A stretch of DNA of 63,464 bases, the filler included, from Reticulomyxa filosa (taxonomy: Eukaryota > Protista > Foraminifera): the NCBI GenBank assembly GCA_000512085.1. It is 18 parts of 18 records of this genome, joined end to end, with 100 filler letters (N's around TTAATTAATTAA, not from the genome) between each part and the next. Parts side by side here need not be neighbours in the genome. Positions count along the whole stretch, not along the records: positions 45,143 to 50,904 come from ASPP01037967.1; positions 51,005 to 54,191 come from ASPP01040914.1; positions 54,292 to 63,464 come from ASPP01005173.1; 15 more parts are not named here. The stretch is one strand, 5' to 3'. Below are positions 50,360 to 62,229 of the stretch, piece by piece. Below the pieces are notes generated by a model. It was not told where the DNA came from, made no database searches, and saw only the letters and a list, made by a program, of their open reading frames with translations. Each line of letters opens with the position of its first letter. The stretch's first letter is position 1. A program made the position numbers and the translations under genes.

Positions 50360-50904
50360 ATGTCAAGAAAACAAAGGGCAACTAAGCTGAAGTCAAAACA
50401 ACTAAGGACAACTAAGCTGATATCAAAACCGGTTTGTTCTAAAAATATCTTGCTGAAACTAAGCTATTTTTAAAAAAATGGAGTGTCTCTGGAAAAAAAA
50501 TAGATAAAAATTAAGACGTATAAAAAAGAGGAATTGGAGTATAAAATAAAGAAATTAAAAGAGAATGGAGCTATGTCAAGCAAGAACAAAGATAGAATAT
50601 GGGAGAGTTTGTTAGATTTTATCGGAGAAGAATTAGGTTTGGGTGGGAGATCTAGTTTTGTATTGGTAGATGCGGGCAACGAAAATGGTGAAATTAGAGA
50701 TGCAGATGATTTGTATAAGTATTGGAATGAGTGTAATGAAAAAGCGAAAAGCTGTGTTCTTAACATGGTTTGTACTGTGTATGTGCAAATGTGCAGATAA
50801 TGCACATTTATACATTTGCACATTTGCACATTTGCATATTTACACATTTGGTTTACTTAAAAAAAAAAATAGAGGTGTTTGGTAATGAAAAGAGGAAAAA
50901 GAAC
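50360..50904 (+). CDS. Paralogue C (N-terminus only): exons 50360-50431, 50504-50767, 50873 onward
   Basis: IKTYKKEELEYK..LKENGAMS..KDRIWESLL..SCVLNM|RCLVMKR aligns with B IETYKKSKLKYR..LKKDGKMS..KDENWEELL..SCVLDM|RCLMIER, with an identical intron position. Confidence 0.82.
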
Positions 50905-51429
50905 NNNNNNNNNNNNNNNNNNNNNNNNNNNNNNNNNNNNNNNNNNNNTTAATTAATTAANNNNNNNNNNNNNNNNNNNNNNNNNNNNNNNNNNNNNNNN
51001 NNNNTAGAATTGCTCATGTTGCATCATCTTGGTGGCTATATAAGTGGTACCTGTTTCTATTTCCTTTGGAAATTACTTTTGTATAATCCAAACGCCGCCA
51101 TGCTTGACAAAAAAAAATATTTTAATTTTTGAGACTTGTTCTTACATCAAGAAAGACAAAAATTTAGTGGGCAACCTTCAAAATTAAATTTTAACTTGTG
51201 TAAGTAAATTTTTTGAAAATTAAATTAATTTAATATTTCAATATTTTTTTAACAATTGTGGAAAGACCAGCTATTGAAATTATAAATAGTTGTTATTGGT
51301 ACAAGTTGACACAGATAGATAGTTCTTTAGCAAAAAAACTCAAATAGCTCAATGAAACAAAAAGATACAGAGTGTTTAAGTCAAAAAAACTTAATTATTA
51401 CATTAAAAAATATTCCATTTCAGAAAATT

Positions 51430-51900
51430 TTTTTTGCGAAAATCTAAAGAGATTAGAAGCATATCAGGTGAGCTGGAGAATTGGAACATCAACTTATCAT
51501 TGCGAAAAAAATACCACAAAGAAACAACAATTCACACAAAAACACAGAAATTTTTTGAGCAAAAAATTGAGTCAATGTCAAATAAACACCTTGAGATCGA
51601 TAATGCCATCAACTTTGGAGTTGTTTCAACTTTATTTCGCTTGCTGGCACCGCAACCCTCTCCAATTGCTCGATAGACAAGTTTTGTGTTCTTTGAAGAT
51701 CTATGTTATATATTTGTGTATTGATTATACATGTTTCAAATATCTTCCAATCACATTATAAGAAAACGTTATAACTTGGAATATAGGTTGCATATAATCA
51801 GCTCACCACTTTCAATTTATCATGCACCACATTACGTTTGATATGGACCTTTTTTTAATAAAAAAAAAATTATACGTCATTCAAAGCGCAATATCATGAT
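51430..51900 (+). pseudogene. ARM/importin-alpha-like remnant
   Basis: NKHLEIDNAINFGVVSTLFRLL resembles an ARM repeat (ID.VI..GVVP.LV.LL); stops follow. Confidence 0.35.
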
Positions 51901-52049
51901 CCATACTAGATGCACACCGTCACTAAAATAGATTTTTGTTCAATGATGAACAAACGATTTCATTGAAGAAATGACAGCTTCATGTGTTGTAGTGTGGCTC
52001 TATAATTTGACATATTAGATTTCCATCAGCAACAGTTCGACTATGATAT

Positions 52050-54191
52050 TGCTTCACTTCTTTTACGCTTATGTACTGCAATAACCATCGATACTGCTGC
52101 TATTATTGCCATTGCTGTCCTATTGCGTTATTGCTGGGGACTCACTGCAGCACCAATGACAATGTAAGCAGCAACAACATGTCCATCTGCACGTAGGGTA
52201 TACTTTGAAATATCTATTCAAAAATTTGAAGCAACACATATAAATGTATATAATCAATATACGTATAATAGTTATTGGATGTGTACATAAAAAAAAATAT
52301 ATATGTACATATAAAAACTTTTTTTAAGCAATGGACCCAAATACGATTTATAACGTCAGTATAACAGGAAAGGGGCAGGTGCACATAAATGACCAACAAT
52401 AACAGCAAGTTGTGTAATGAGTTCTTTCGAATGTTATGGCAAATGCCCCATCAAGTATATATTTTGGACGATTAAACGGACTCGGGGGAAGTTGGTAACA
52501 TTGAAAGGCTTATCCACTATAACGCTATCATTTTTTGAGTGGAGGCCTTATCAATAACAAACTTTTCCACTTCTCGAATCCGAGTGATTCTGTTTTTGGT
52601 AACCAAATAATTCGTATCCACAGAGATGATGTCTTCAGTATGAGGAGGGATTGAGTATGATACAATCGACCGCTGACACTGACCTTGCCCACGTATCCAC
52701 CCAGAAGGCCCAACACATTGAAGCGATCCATTTATTGTTTCGCTAAATGGTGAAGTGGCTTTCGAATTGCTGATTCAATTGCCGGATACCACGGCGTGAT
52801 GCTTTTCGTAATCAATGGCACATCAAGATTAGCTCTTCCGCGCACACCGAGCCAAAGTCTATTGAATACAAAAATGGCATGCAAATATTGGCATGTACAC
52901 AACACCAGTCCAATATCTTGCAACAATTGACAATGAAGAACATGTGCTGAATTTCGTCATTGTCACCATTTCCATTTTCACACTCTTCCATCAGCTTCCA
53001 TTGCGACACACTATGACAAGTCAGTATATACCCGAGAATGCGCAAAGTCGCCATTTGCTTGCGTAAAGAGCCATTTCATAGCTAAACGCAGCAAAGTCGA
53101 CAATAGTTTTTTTTTATTAAAAAAAAATAATCTAACGCTGTATAGTCCTTCCCGGAGTCTTGGAGCTCTTTCTTCTCTTTCTCATCCTCTTCCGATGTCG
53201 TGGTTTGCTCGACCGCCACATGTAACCACTTTCACTTCTTTTTCTCGCTGTGACGCCGTAATGTCCATATCGTTAGTACATTGTGCGATATTATCACATT
53301 TTCCTTTTCTTTTATCTCGGAAACTGGACCTTGGTGCCGCCTGACTGCAAAATCAAGATTGTCCGGGATTTATTTGAGAGAATCTTGTCCAACTATTATA
53401 ATACCATATCACGATTGAATTCTTTCAAAATACGAAGCCCATCCGTTCTCGTCGCCCTTGTAATGAGAGTATTTACAATAACAAACATGTCCGACGTTTG
53501 GACTGGCACGATCCAAGGAGGGAGGATACCATTATTTTATTCTTTTTCTTCAGTCTTGGGCTTATTCTATTATTTTTCTTTCTTTTTGCGTTGGCTTCGC
53601 TTTTCTTGTTTCTCGTGTCATGATTCAACGGCATTACAATTCAAAACTCACGCCGATTCAAACCCAAATCAAAGTGGCTATGTGCTGACAGACGATTTGT
53701 TGGATGCGACTCGATACTTGTATCCACCGCATTATCCGGCACTTGAAGAACAATAAAATGCGTGTCGCCGATTCCGAGACAGTCCAGTAAAAAGTTAGCA
53801 ATCTATAAACTAGTACAAATTTCCACAACGACAAGTTTTTCTTGTTCATCGACGGTCATCTTGCTGTCCTGCTAACATTTTCAAATACAATTTCTTTGTG
53901 TAGTAATTCTGATTTCGCTATTTTATTAGCTCTTTCTTTTGGCACCGTTGGAATTGGATGACGCATCACCACCACTAATTCCAATGTTTGAGCACATTGA
54001 AGAGGTCTGCGTCATGGCTGTGCCTGTCGTCATGGTCTTTGTTGTTGAACGTTCGCTATCACGTTTCAAAATAGAGACAGCGTCAATAAAATCCATTTAC
54101 GATTACTACCATTGCATACGAAATCAGGCCGCGCTTTTACTGTTACTCAAGATATCAGGTACATACCACAAAATGCTATTACCGCTACCAA
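52050..54191 (-). pseudogene. Degraded coding-like sequence, unassigned (probably two remnants)
   Basis: Coding-like composition with frequent stops in all frames. Confidence 0.4.
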
Positions 54192-54291
54192 NNNNNNNNN
54201 NNNNNNNNNNNNNNNNNNNNNNNNNNNNNNNNNNNTTAATTAATTAANNNNNNNNNNNNNNNNNNNNNNNNNNNNNNNNNNNNNNNNNNNN

Positions 54292-55266
54292 CAACAACAA
54301 CAACAACAACAACAACAATACACGTGTGCAAACTTGCTGTCGCCGTTGATGGCAGCCAACCACACTCGTTATGGCAAGTCGGTTCGTTTCTTACAAGGAT
54401 GCGACTCAACGTCTAGTCCTGTTCTCCAAATCGTTACCACGACTATGAACAACATATCGTCGCTGTCTGGCAAGAAGGAGAAGAAGAAGAAGAAGAAGAA
54501 AGGAGACGTTGCTTTGGGCAAATACGTACACTTTTCCACGCGTGAAAACAAGACGTTGAAGCGGCTCCATGATACGAGTGATGACAATGACGATTATGTG
54601 GGCCATCATGCCACCACCAAAGTTGAACCGGAACAGTTGCTGAGTATTAGTCCTCAACCCATGTCCTTAAGTTTGCCACATAGTGATGATGATGATGCTC
54701 AGAAAACATGGAGTGACCAGGACTTCAAAAAGCAAAGACGACGTCGTCGTCGTCGTCGTTTGAAACGACGATGTACACACGAAACAAAACCTCTTCCTCA
54801 ATCCAAACAAAGAAATCCCAATCAATTTGAAGCGCTGCTGAAACACACACATAAAAATCACAATGAATTCCATGCCATTGAAATGGATATGACGCAGACC
54901 AATCACAATGCCAAAAAAATTCGATTCGATCCTTCTGCACATTCTGCTATTTACGACCCGTCCACAAATATGATCGTTTGGAGCAATGGCAAAAAATGGG
55001 TTCGGAAAGACTTTGTTCCTTTTCGTGGCCGCTGGAGGGACCCCCAAGGCCATGTCATTTCCATTGAAGAAAATGGACTTTTCACTTATGTCGAACCCAG
55101 AGAATTAGGCACCTACACCTCCGTTGTCTGCGGCTTTTACAAAATTGGAATCACCTGTGCCAATTACACATATACTGCAAAATTAATCGATAAAAATGTC
55201 TTGAAATGGGACAACGGAATACAATGGTATCGAGTGGACAAACCAGAGTCTTGTCTGGTCATGTGA
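54292..55266 (+). CDS. Hypothetical protein, 5'-truncated: poly-Q, K/R-rich NLS-like tracts, C-terminal duplicated W-x-N-G-x-x-W-x-R module
   Basis: Open frame of more than 310 aa; MIVWSNGKKWVR and VLKWDNGIQWYR. Confidence 0.75.
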   Translation, partial: QQQQQQQQQYTCANLLSPLMAANHTRYGKSVRFLQGCDSTSSPVLQIVTTTMNNISSLSGKKEKKKKKKKGDVALGKYVHFSTRENKTLKRLHDTSDDNDDYVGHHATTKVEPEQLLSISPQPMSLSLPHSDDDDAQKTWSDQDFKKQRRRRRRRRLKRRCTHETKPLPQSKQRNPNQFEALLKHTHKNHNEFHAIEMDMTQTNHNAKKIRFDPSAHSAIYDPSTNMIVWSNGKKWVRKDFVPFRGRWRDPQGHVISIEENGLFTYVEPRELGTYTSVVCGFYKIGITCANYTYTAKLIDKNVLKWDNGIQWYRVDKPESCLVM

Positions 55267-55549
55267 ACCGCACAAACTCTTCTTTTTTTTTTCTCAAAAA
55301 ACGGGAAGTTTCTTCATATAGGCTGCTTGGATTTAATTTTTTTTTTATTTTTTGCGATCAATTAGAAACAAGTTTCCTCTGATAAACTTCACTATCGATT
55401 TCCAAAAAAGCAAAAACCTAACACTCTCCCAATAATCAACAACGTAAAAGTTGTTTTTGTATTGTTTAGATAATTACTGAATTGCAAGATCGACAAAAAG
55501 GGAAAAAATGTACAAACATTCTTACAATTCGAAATTCCTGCTAGTAGTT

Positions 55550-55777
55550 TGTAGGGCAAGGCCCTAACAGTATAAAAGGAAGTTCCTGTGTAACTCAGGA
55601 AACCCCTTTTTACAACAACTTACTTACTTTCCTTTTCTTCCAACCTCTCTTATTCTCTTGTCGTTGTTGTTTATATTCTTTTATTTTTACTAATTTGTTT
55701 TTGAAAGATTACTCAAAGAGTAACTATTCGTATTACACTTAACATTTCAGTCCAGATAAGCTAGTCAACTTCCTACA
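55550..55777 (+). mobile_element. Solo-LTR-like element, 228 bp, TG...CA ends, 6-bp terminal inverted repeat, 4-bp target-site duplication AGTT
   Basis: agtt|TGTAGG...CCTACA|agtt; TATAAAAG at ~55571; related copy at 20651-20788. Confidence 0.78.
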
Positions 55778-55925
55778 AGTTAAAGCTTTGTATCCGAAAA
55801 AGGTATTATCTTGCTCGTCTGGTATTCTCCTAAAAACAAAGCAAATAAAAATCCATCAAAATTGTTTTTGTCAATTTATTGAAACAAAATTTTAGCTGCA
55901 ATTAGTTGTTATTTGAAAACTTTTA

Positions 55926-56046
55926 TAGAAAGTAGTATATGCTAGGAAAACCAAAGAAGTTAAAATAGAAAAATAATTACAATGCGCCAGAAAAACGCTG
56001 ACGCAACTTTAGAGTCAATTATGACTCTACCGATGTTTATACTGCA
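55926..56046 (+). repeat. ~120-bp direct repeat, copy 1, containing palindrome TAGAGTCA-atta-TGACTCTA (56010-56029)
   Basis: Aligns end to end with 59605-59725 (tagaaagtagt..gctaggaaaaccaaa..gccagaaaaacg.tga.gcaactttagagtcaa.tatgactcta). Confidence 0.88.
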
Positions 56047-56139
56047 TACCTCCTTTGCCTGCAGGGCAACACCAATAAGCAGTCAAGAAACAAACACATG
56101 AAAGAAAAAATATTAAACAAATTTTCTAATTCAGGTATT

Positions 56140-56464
56140 ATCTTTTTTGAAAATTTTCGAGAAAAAGTTAACAATATGAATGCGTCGCCATGAAATTTAC
56201 CAACTTTTTTTTAAGCATTTTCAGAAATATTAAATTCGTAATTATTTTCAAAAAATAAAAAAATTGAAAAACACAAATATCGATATATACTTAGCTATAA
56301 AAAAAAATAAAGTACTAAATGTTGAAATAATTATTAAAGATTTAATAAAAAACTAAATTCAAGATGATATTTTAAAACTATTCTGAATGTTGTTTTTTCA
56401 TGAAGGTCAATTATCTCTATGATGTGCCGTTTTAGGTATCAATTTATTTTGCATTATACTGTAT
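56140..56464. repeat. AT-rich dispersed repeat shared with 20790-21122
   Basis: See 20790-21122; first part inverted, second part direct. Confidence 0.75.
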
Positions 56465-58399
56465 AACACTTTTTCTAAAGCACTGAATGAATGTTGAAGT
56501 CTATTTTTGTTTTCAAAATTAATGCACTTTGAATAGTAAATTGATTATGATCTTTGTGCTAATCGTAAGCTCTTCAATTAGTTTTTCAAAATTTTTAAAA
56601 ATTAATTGTATTTTTCTTGAATGCCTGTTGCGTTTAGTAATACTATTTAACGTCAGCTAATAATGAAAATTTGGTTCAATGCATTAATTAATGTGGACTT
56701 ATCATTAATTATGTTTGTATATATCGTATTAAGTAACAATTATTTGTATTAAAATATCACACTAGCATAATTTACAAAGTTTAACTTTTTTTCCAATAAC
56801 TATGTTACAAGTCTTTCTTTTAAAGACATATGTAATCTTTCTACTTCTATTTGTTTATGTTAAATAAATTTAAATAATAAACACAAAACCTATATTGAAA
56901 CAGTCTGAAATGCTGAATTTAGACTGCATTTGTATTAATGTATCCTTTTGATATATGACATATAAAACATTATTTACAAAATCTATTATATCTTTGCATA
57001 TCATTAGCTAATAAAATATTTGCTGAATGTTAATTCATCTTATTTGCACTTGTACGTTTTGCAAATTTACTTGTATCATTAAATCATTGACTACTATATT
57101 TTTGTTAATTGATAGTAAATTTACTTTGTCTCTTTCGTTCTTGTATGAAAAATACATATTTTGAAACACACTAAGAGATATGACGCATCGACTTCATTTT
57201 TGCAAAATCGTCCATACGTAGAATAAACTTTTACTCGATACAGTTTAGATTTCAAAAGATACACCAAAAACACACTTTTGTAGAACTCAGAAAGTACCAC
57301 CAGGTCCGCGCTATCGCGACTCAATAACTCTTTTCCATTTGCGAGAAAACTCAATTTTATGTCAGTTTTGAAAATGACTGAAAAAACCCCAACTTTTTTT
57401 ACTTATTACTGTTCCTATTGGTGTAGAAGTGTCGTAGAAAGACCGTAATTTGTTCTAAAATAATCTACTCTTTTCATAGTAAAAGAATAAGTCTATTATT
57501 AATTATTTTCTTTTCAATATTGCTATCAATTGTGATTAAATATCATTATCAATCTATTTATTACTTTTTTCAAAATTTTATTATTTTATTTTGTTTAATA
57601 AAATTTGTTTAATTTGAAAAGTTAATCTTAGTACTAATTCTTGTACTTGAATTATAGTCTATACAACATCAATATACTCTTTCACATTATACAATAAATA
57701 GTTTATTTTATTTTAGATGTTGTAATATTTGATTATTTTCAATCTTTTACGTTTTTTTGATATAGTTTATATATATTTGATGCTAGTTCATCATTTTTTG
57801 TAATACGATAAGCAGTTTGTACTTTATCATAATCGTTAGTATGAAAATATTGACTTCAATACAAATTGTTTTTTCAAGCTTCGTTACTGTGATTAAATAG
57901 TTTGACAATGACAGTATTGCATATCGAAAATTATTTTTATAAATCCTAATGTTCTCGAAACGAACAATCAACATATTTGACAATACAATAAATGCAATTA
58001 TATCAATATTGTCGATCATTTATATTGCTTTATCATTCTTTGTTAGTCAGTAAGTTCAAAACTTAGTCATATTTGTGTTGTTAGAATTTAAATTGACATT
58101 TGTTAGTATAAATGATACTTATTTGGATCATTGCCAAGTCTACATAAAAGTCAATTACCGTTACGATTTCAATCAATGTGACAAAAGTATTAGTATTATA
58201 GTTTAAATCATTGCGTTTGCTAAAGTTACGATGAACTAATTGACAATATTGTTATTATGTATATTATTAACATCATTTCGTTTCCACTTTCCAATGCAAA
58301 AGCAATAAGCATTTTGAAGTAAGACTGCAATGATTCTATTAAAAGTATGTTGAATGCATAACGTTCGATCTTGGTAATCACATGTCCTGACTCATAAGT

Positions 58400-59560
58400 G
58401 ACATAAAACAGTATTTTGTCATTCAGTCAGTAATTTTATACATGTTCGTCAATTGATGCGACAATACTTATATAAATGTAGTAATGTTGGTAAATCTTAC
58501 AATCAACGACGTCGACACATGACAATGCTAGGTTGTATTTTTCTGCGAAGATCAGTCTTAAGCAGTTATTGCATGATCCAGCATGGTAAAATCAATTTGC
58601 AAATTATAGTCATATATGTCGTGTCCGAAGCCAGCATATCGAAGCGACAATTCATTCGCCAACTTGTAGTCATTACTAGCTAATGCTTCAAGTACAATGT
58701 CTTTCAAATAATGTCAAATCATCTTTGTATACTAGAATGATTACGATGAATCTCTAATTTACTTGCTTATGTTGCAAGTGGCACATATATAATTTTATGA
58801 TATATAATGCAGAACTCACCAAAGTACTACAAATTACACCATTGTCTCCACTCACAGTCAGTAAATCTAAATTTTCATGTCATTTCATAGCAATACTCGT
58901 TCAGTTTGACAGTTAATTCACTTCAATCACTTTATACACATTCAAACATAACTGCAGATCTATCATCTTGTACACTGCATCTGCGCCTATCAAGCAAATT
59001 GCATACATTCACAATCCTCATGCGTTGTACGTTTGATTGTTTGTACTAATCATCAGGCCTCCTGGAAACTAGTAGTTCCAAATTGATTTAGTTGATGATT
59101 TCGCTTACTAACTTCTAGAAACACATAATGTATTTTCTCGCTGATGTCGCCAAAAAAGTCTTAAACTTATTTATTGTCCTTCAATACTTCTTCCAGATCC
59201 GCTTCGATCCTTTGTGCACTTGGATCATGTGGTCGCATTGAATCGTCGTTGGAAGGCCTTTCGACATAAACTGCAATACTTCCATTTGTGCTTTCACCTT
59301 TTGAATTGCTACTATGTCTTATCGAAACTTCAAATGACTTTGAATCGCAATGTGTCGCCAGCTATTGATTGATCATCCAAATAACTGTACATACTATTCT
59401 CTGACAATGATAATTGTCGACTTAAAGCTTTCTTCACTACTTGTAAATTTGACAACAACTTCACATACGGCACCGACTCGCCGCGCTCCGCCTCATGACG
59501 AACATATCTTCGCTTCAAAAGACCAATTCGAAGCACTAGTCTTAACATACTTGGATCAAA
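58400..59560 (-). pseudogene. Degraded large-protein remnant between the two 120-bp repeats
   Basis: Broken frames such as MLRLVLRIGLLKRRYVR.., AQRIEADLEEVLKDNK and LEALASNDYKLANELSLRYAGFGHDIYDYNL; family not identified. Confidence 0.45.
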
Positions 59561-59604
59561 ACAGAACTAGTTGTTTTTTTTATGACTAACTCCCTTGTCA
59601 AACG

Positions 59605-59725
59605 TAGAAAGTAGTCCACGCTAGGAAAACCAAAAAGCCAAAATGGAGAATAATCGTAATGTTGCCAGAAAAACGGTGATGCAACTTTAGAGTCAACTAT
59701 GACTCTATTGATCGCTTTTACTGAA
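59605..59725 (+). repeat. ~120-bp direct repeat, copy 2, palindrome TAGAGTCA-acta-TGACTCTA (59688-59707)
   Basis: Aligns with 55926-56046. Confidence 0.88.
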
Positions 59726-59943
59726 TAAAAATCATATAATTTTTTATGCCATTGTAAAGATCTTTAAGTCAAAATCAAAGAATGAAACAGCCCTAATATG
59801 AACTGCTTATGAATAATTTTTGAAGATATTAACAAAGAAAACTAATCAATTATGTGATAAAATAAAAAACTGAGTTTCTTAAAAACAAGAAATTGAGGTC
59901 TTTCCGTAAAAGAAGAAAAAATAATTTAGAAATCATGATTGTT

Positions 59944-60612
59944 ATGTCGGGTTTGATGCATGGTGGTTTGAAATGGCAAGGAAGTCAAAGAGAAGTTGGA
60001 CGATTACTATGGCGATCAAGACAAAGACCAAGACTGCTGTTAAGAAAAAAACTTCAAGTGAACTCCTTGAAAGAAAAACTTGCAAGTTGGAATGAAATAA
60101 AAGAATGGGCAGAAAATAAAACAACAGAAAATTTTAAGAGGTCAGCTAAATTAGGAATAGAATACAGTAAAACGTTAAAAGAAAGGGAAAAAGTATATCA
60201 TTCAAGGAATGACCATATATTGATCCTAAAATATGGCTTTCCACCAAAAAAACATGAAAAATCGGGAAAGTTATGTGCAGATGTAAATGATGAAAATGAC
60301 ACAAAAATTCCAATTGAATTATTTACGCCAAATAAATTTCCTTATCTAATTGAACCAAATATTTACCATTATTTATTATGGTTTCGAAAACAATTCAAGG
60401 ATATTCCACAAGAGACACTTAATCAAAAAATTCTTCAGTATGTCCTTAATGAACATAAAAAAACTAATAATCTTCCATCTTTTTCTCTTCAGCATTTAGA
60501 TATTGTTTGGTTCGAAAATCCCTTACATCTGCGTTCTTATCCTGGAATTTCTCATTTGCACGTCTTTTGGAGAGATACTCGCGGCCACTCTCACTCTTCT
60601 GGTGTGCTTTAA
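59944..60612 (+). CDS. DUF3605 (GIG1-like, HIT-like) family protein; start codon uncertain
   Basis: NKFPYLIEPNIYHYLLW and VWFENPLHLRSYPGISHLHVF match the family pattern N.FPY.....I.H...W / WF.N...L.S.....H.HV. Confidence 0.8.
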   Translation: MSGLMHGGLKWQGSQREVGRLLWRSRQRPRLLLRKKLQVNSLKEKLASWNEIKEWAENKTTENFKRSAKLGIEYSKTLKEREKVYHSRNDHILILKYGFPPKKHEKSGKLCADVNDENDTKIPIELFTPNKFPYLIEPNIYHYLLWFRKQFKDIPQETLNQKILQYVLNEHKKTNNLPSFSLQHLDIVWFENPLHLRSYPGISHLHVFWRDTRGHSHSSGVL

Positions 60613-60970
60613 AATCACTGCTTTATTCTTTTCCTTGGTTTATTTTTACGGGTCTAATACAATATTTGTTCATATTTATGTGTTTTGTAATTTTGGTAAA
60701 AAAAAAGTTCCATAAAAACTCTTTTTAATTAAATTTGAAAGCTTAAATGTTGACAGAAAATCTTCTTAGTTGGGAAACAAACAGTTGTTTAAAATGTGAA
60801 GGTCGATCACAATGATGAAGGGTCACATATCTTTTCCCGCTCTTTTTTTGTGAAACTAATTAAAGACTGTTTAATTTTGAGATACGTTTTATTAGACTCT
60901 CAATCATAAATTTCAAGTTAGTAAAAATCCCCACAACAACAAAGTTTACTTCAAATATTAAAATGACACA

Positions 60971-62229
60971 TTATAGTTTCTTTGTGTCGAATTCTCCATT
61001 TGCCGTTTCGAAACTAAAAATAGATTTTACCGGTGTTGTTCTTTCAGGTGATTTCTCAACAACTCCTTTCTGTTTTAGTACATCACATATCGCTCAAAAA
61101 AAAAATTTGAAATTAGCAACAATAAAAAAAAATGACCTTGTGAAGCACTTCTGGCACACAATGCAAACGTACGGCCGCATTTTCAAATGAACATCTTCAA
61201 GGTGTTTTTGCAAACTTTGTCTATCATAATAAAATTTTTTGCAAAGCTCACAAATTTCACGAACTTTCAGGTGAAATCGTTCAATATGCGCACGTAAATG
61301 CCGTCCTTCACCGAATCTCTTATTCAATGCTTGGCAGACTTCATATGGGCAACTAAATGGCTTCACGTGTACACCTCGAATATGTTTTCTCAACAAAGCA
61401 CGTGTTTTCAACTTTTTGTTACATTCGGTGCATCGATATTCACTTAATGTTTTTATCTTTTTTGGTTTTTTGATGGGTTTGATAATTTCTAGCTTTTTGA
61501 GTCTCATGCCATGCCATTTTGCTTTGTGCATACAAATTTCTTCCTTTGTTAAAGCAAGTATGAAGCATTTAACACATCGAAAGACTATACCAATTCCACC
61601 ACAACAAAAAAAATTCAATGCGGTTGTTCGCAAACAAGAGATTGATAAAAAAAAGGTAATTTTTTTTTTTAATAAAAAAAACCGCACTTTTTTGAAAACA
61701 AGCACGCTGATGCTTCTTTGTTGCGGCTTTTGTTCGTGTCACCATTATGCCGCAAGCGGGACACTTACAACTTGTTTGGATTTCTTCACTGCCATTGTTT
61801 GAACTTTCAATGGCAGAGGGTACAAGGAAAATGTTTTTCTCTTCTTCACTAATGTCTACTTTGTTGTGCTTATTTTGGCATGGTTCTGGACTGTTACTTC
61901 GTGAAGAGGTGCAAATGGAATTGTGTTCGTTGTTGCTCGCGTTGTGGGGATTCGAGAGAAACGGTTTAGTCCCGCAAAAAACACCACTTTGAGGACTGCA
62001 ATGCCCGCAAGGGACATAAACAACAACACGAGTTGCCGTGTTCGCTGTTAGCGCAGGAGACCCACGGCATAGTCACCTGGCCGTTGCTTGCTTTCGTTCC
62101 GTCACAATCGCATACACGCGGACAAACGCATGTTTGGCTGTGACACAGAACACGTCTATTTTCTTCTTGGTGTGTACAACTATCGTCTTCTATCCCAAAG
62201 TGCATTTTCATTGTACAGCTTATATCCAT
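60971..62229 (-). CDS. C2H2 zinc-finger protein, multi-exon, with an apparent frameshift near 62000
   Basis: YRCTECNKKLKTRALLRKHIRGVH, FSCPYEVC..HLRAHIERFH, CELCKK..LQKHLEDVH, RPYVCIVC. Confidence 0.85.

Noticed and set aside
52050-53090. ABCA transporter pseudogene
   Set aside because: Only a vague resemblance; no Walker or signature motif visible.
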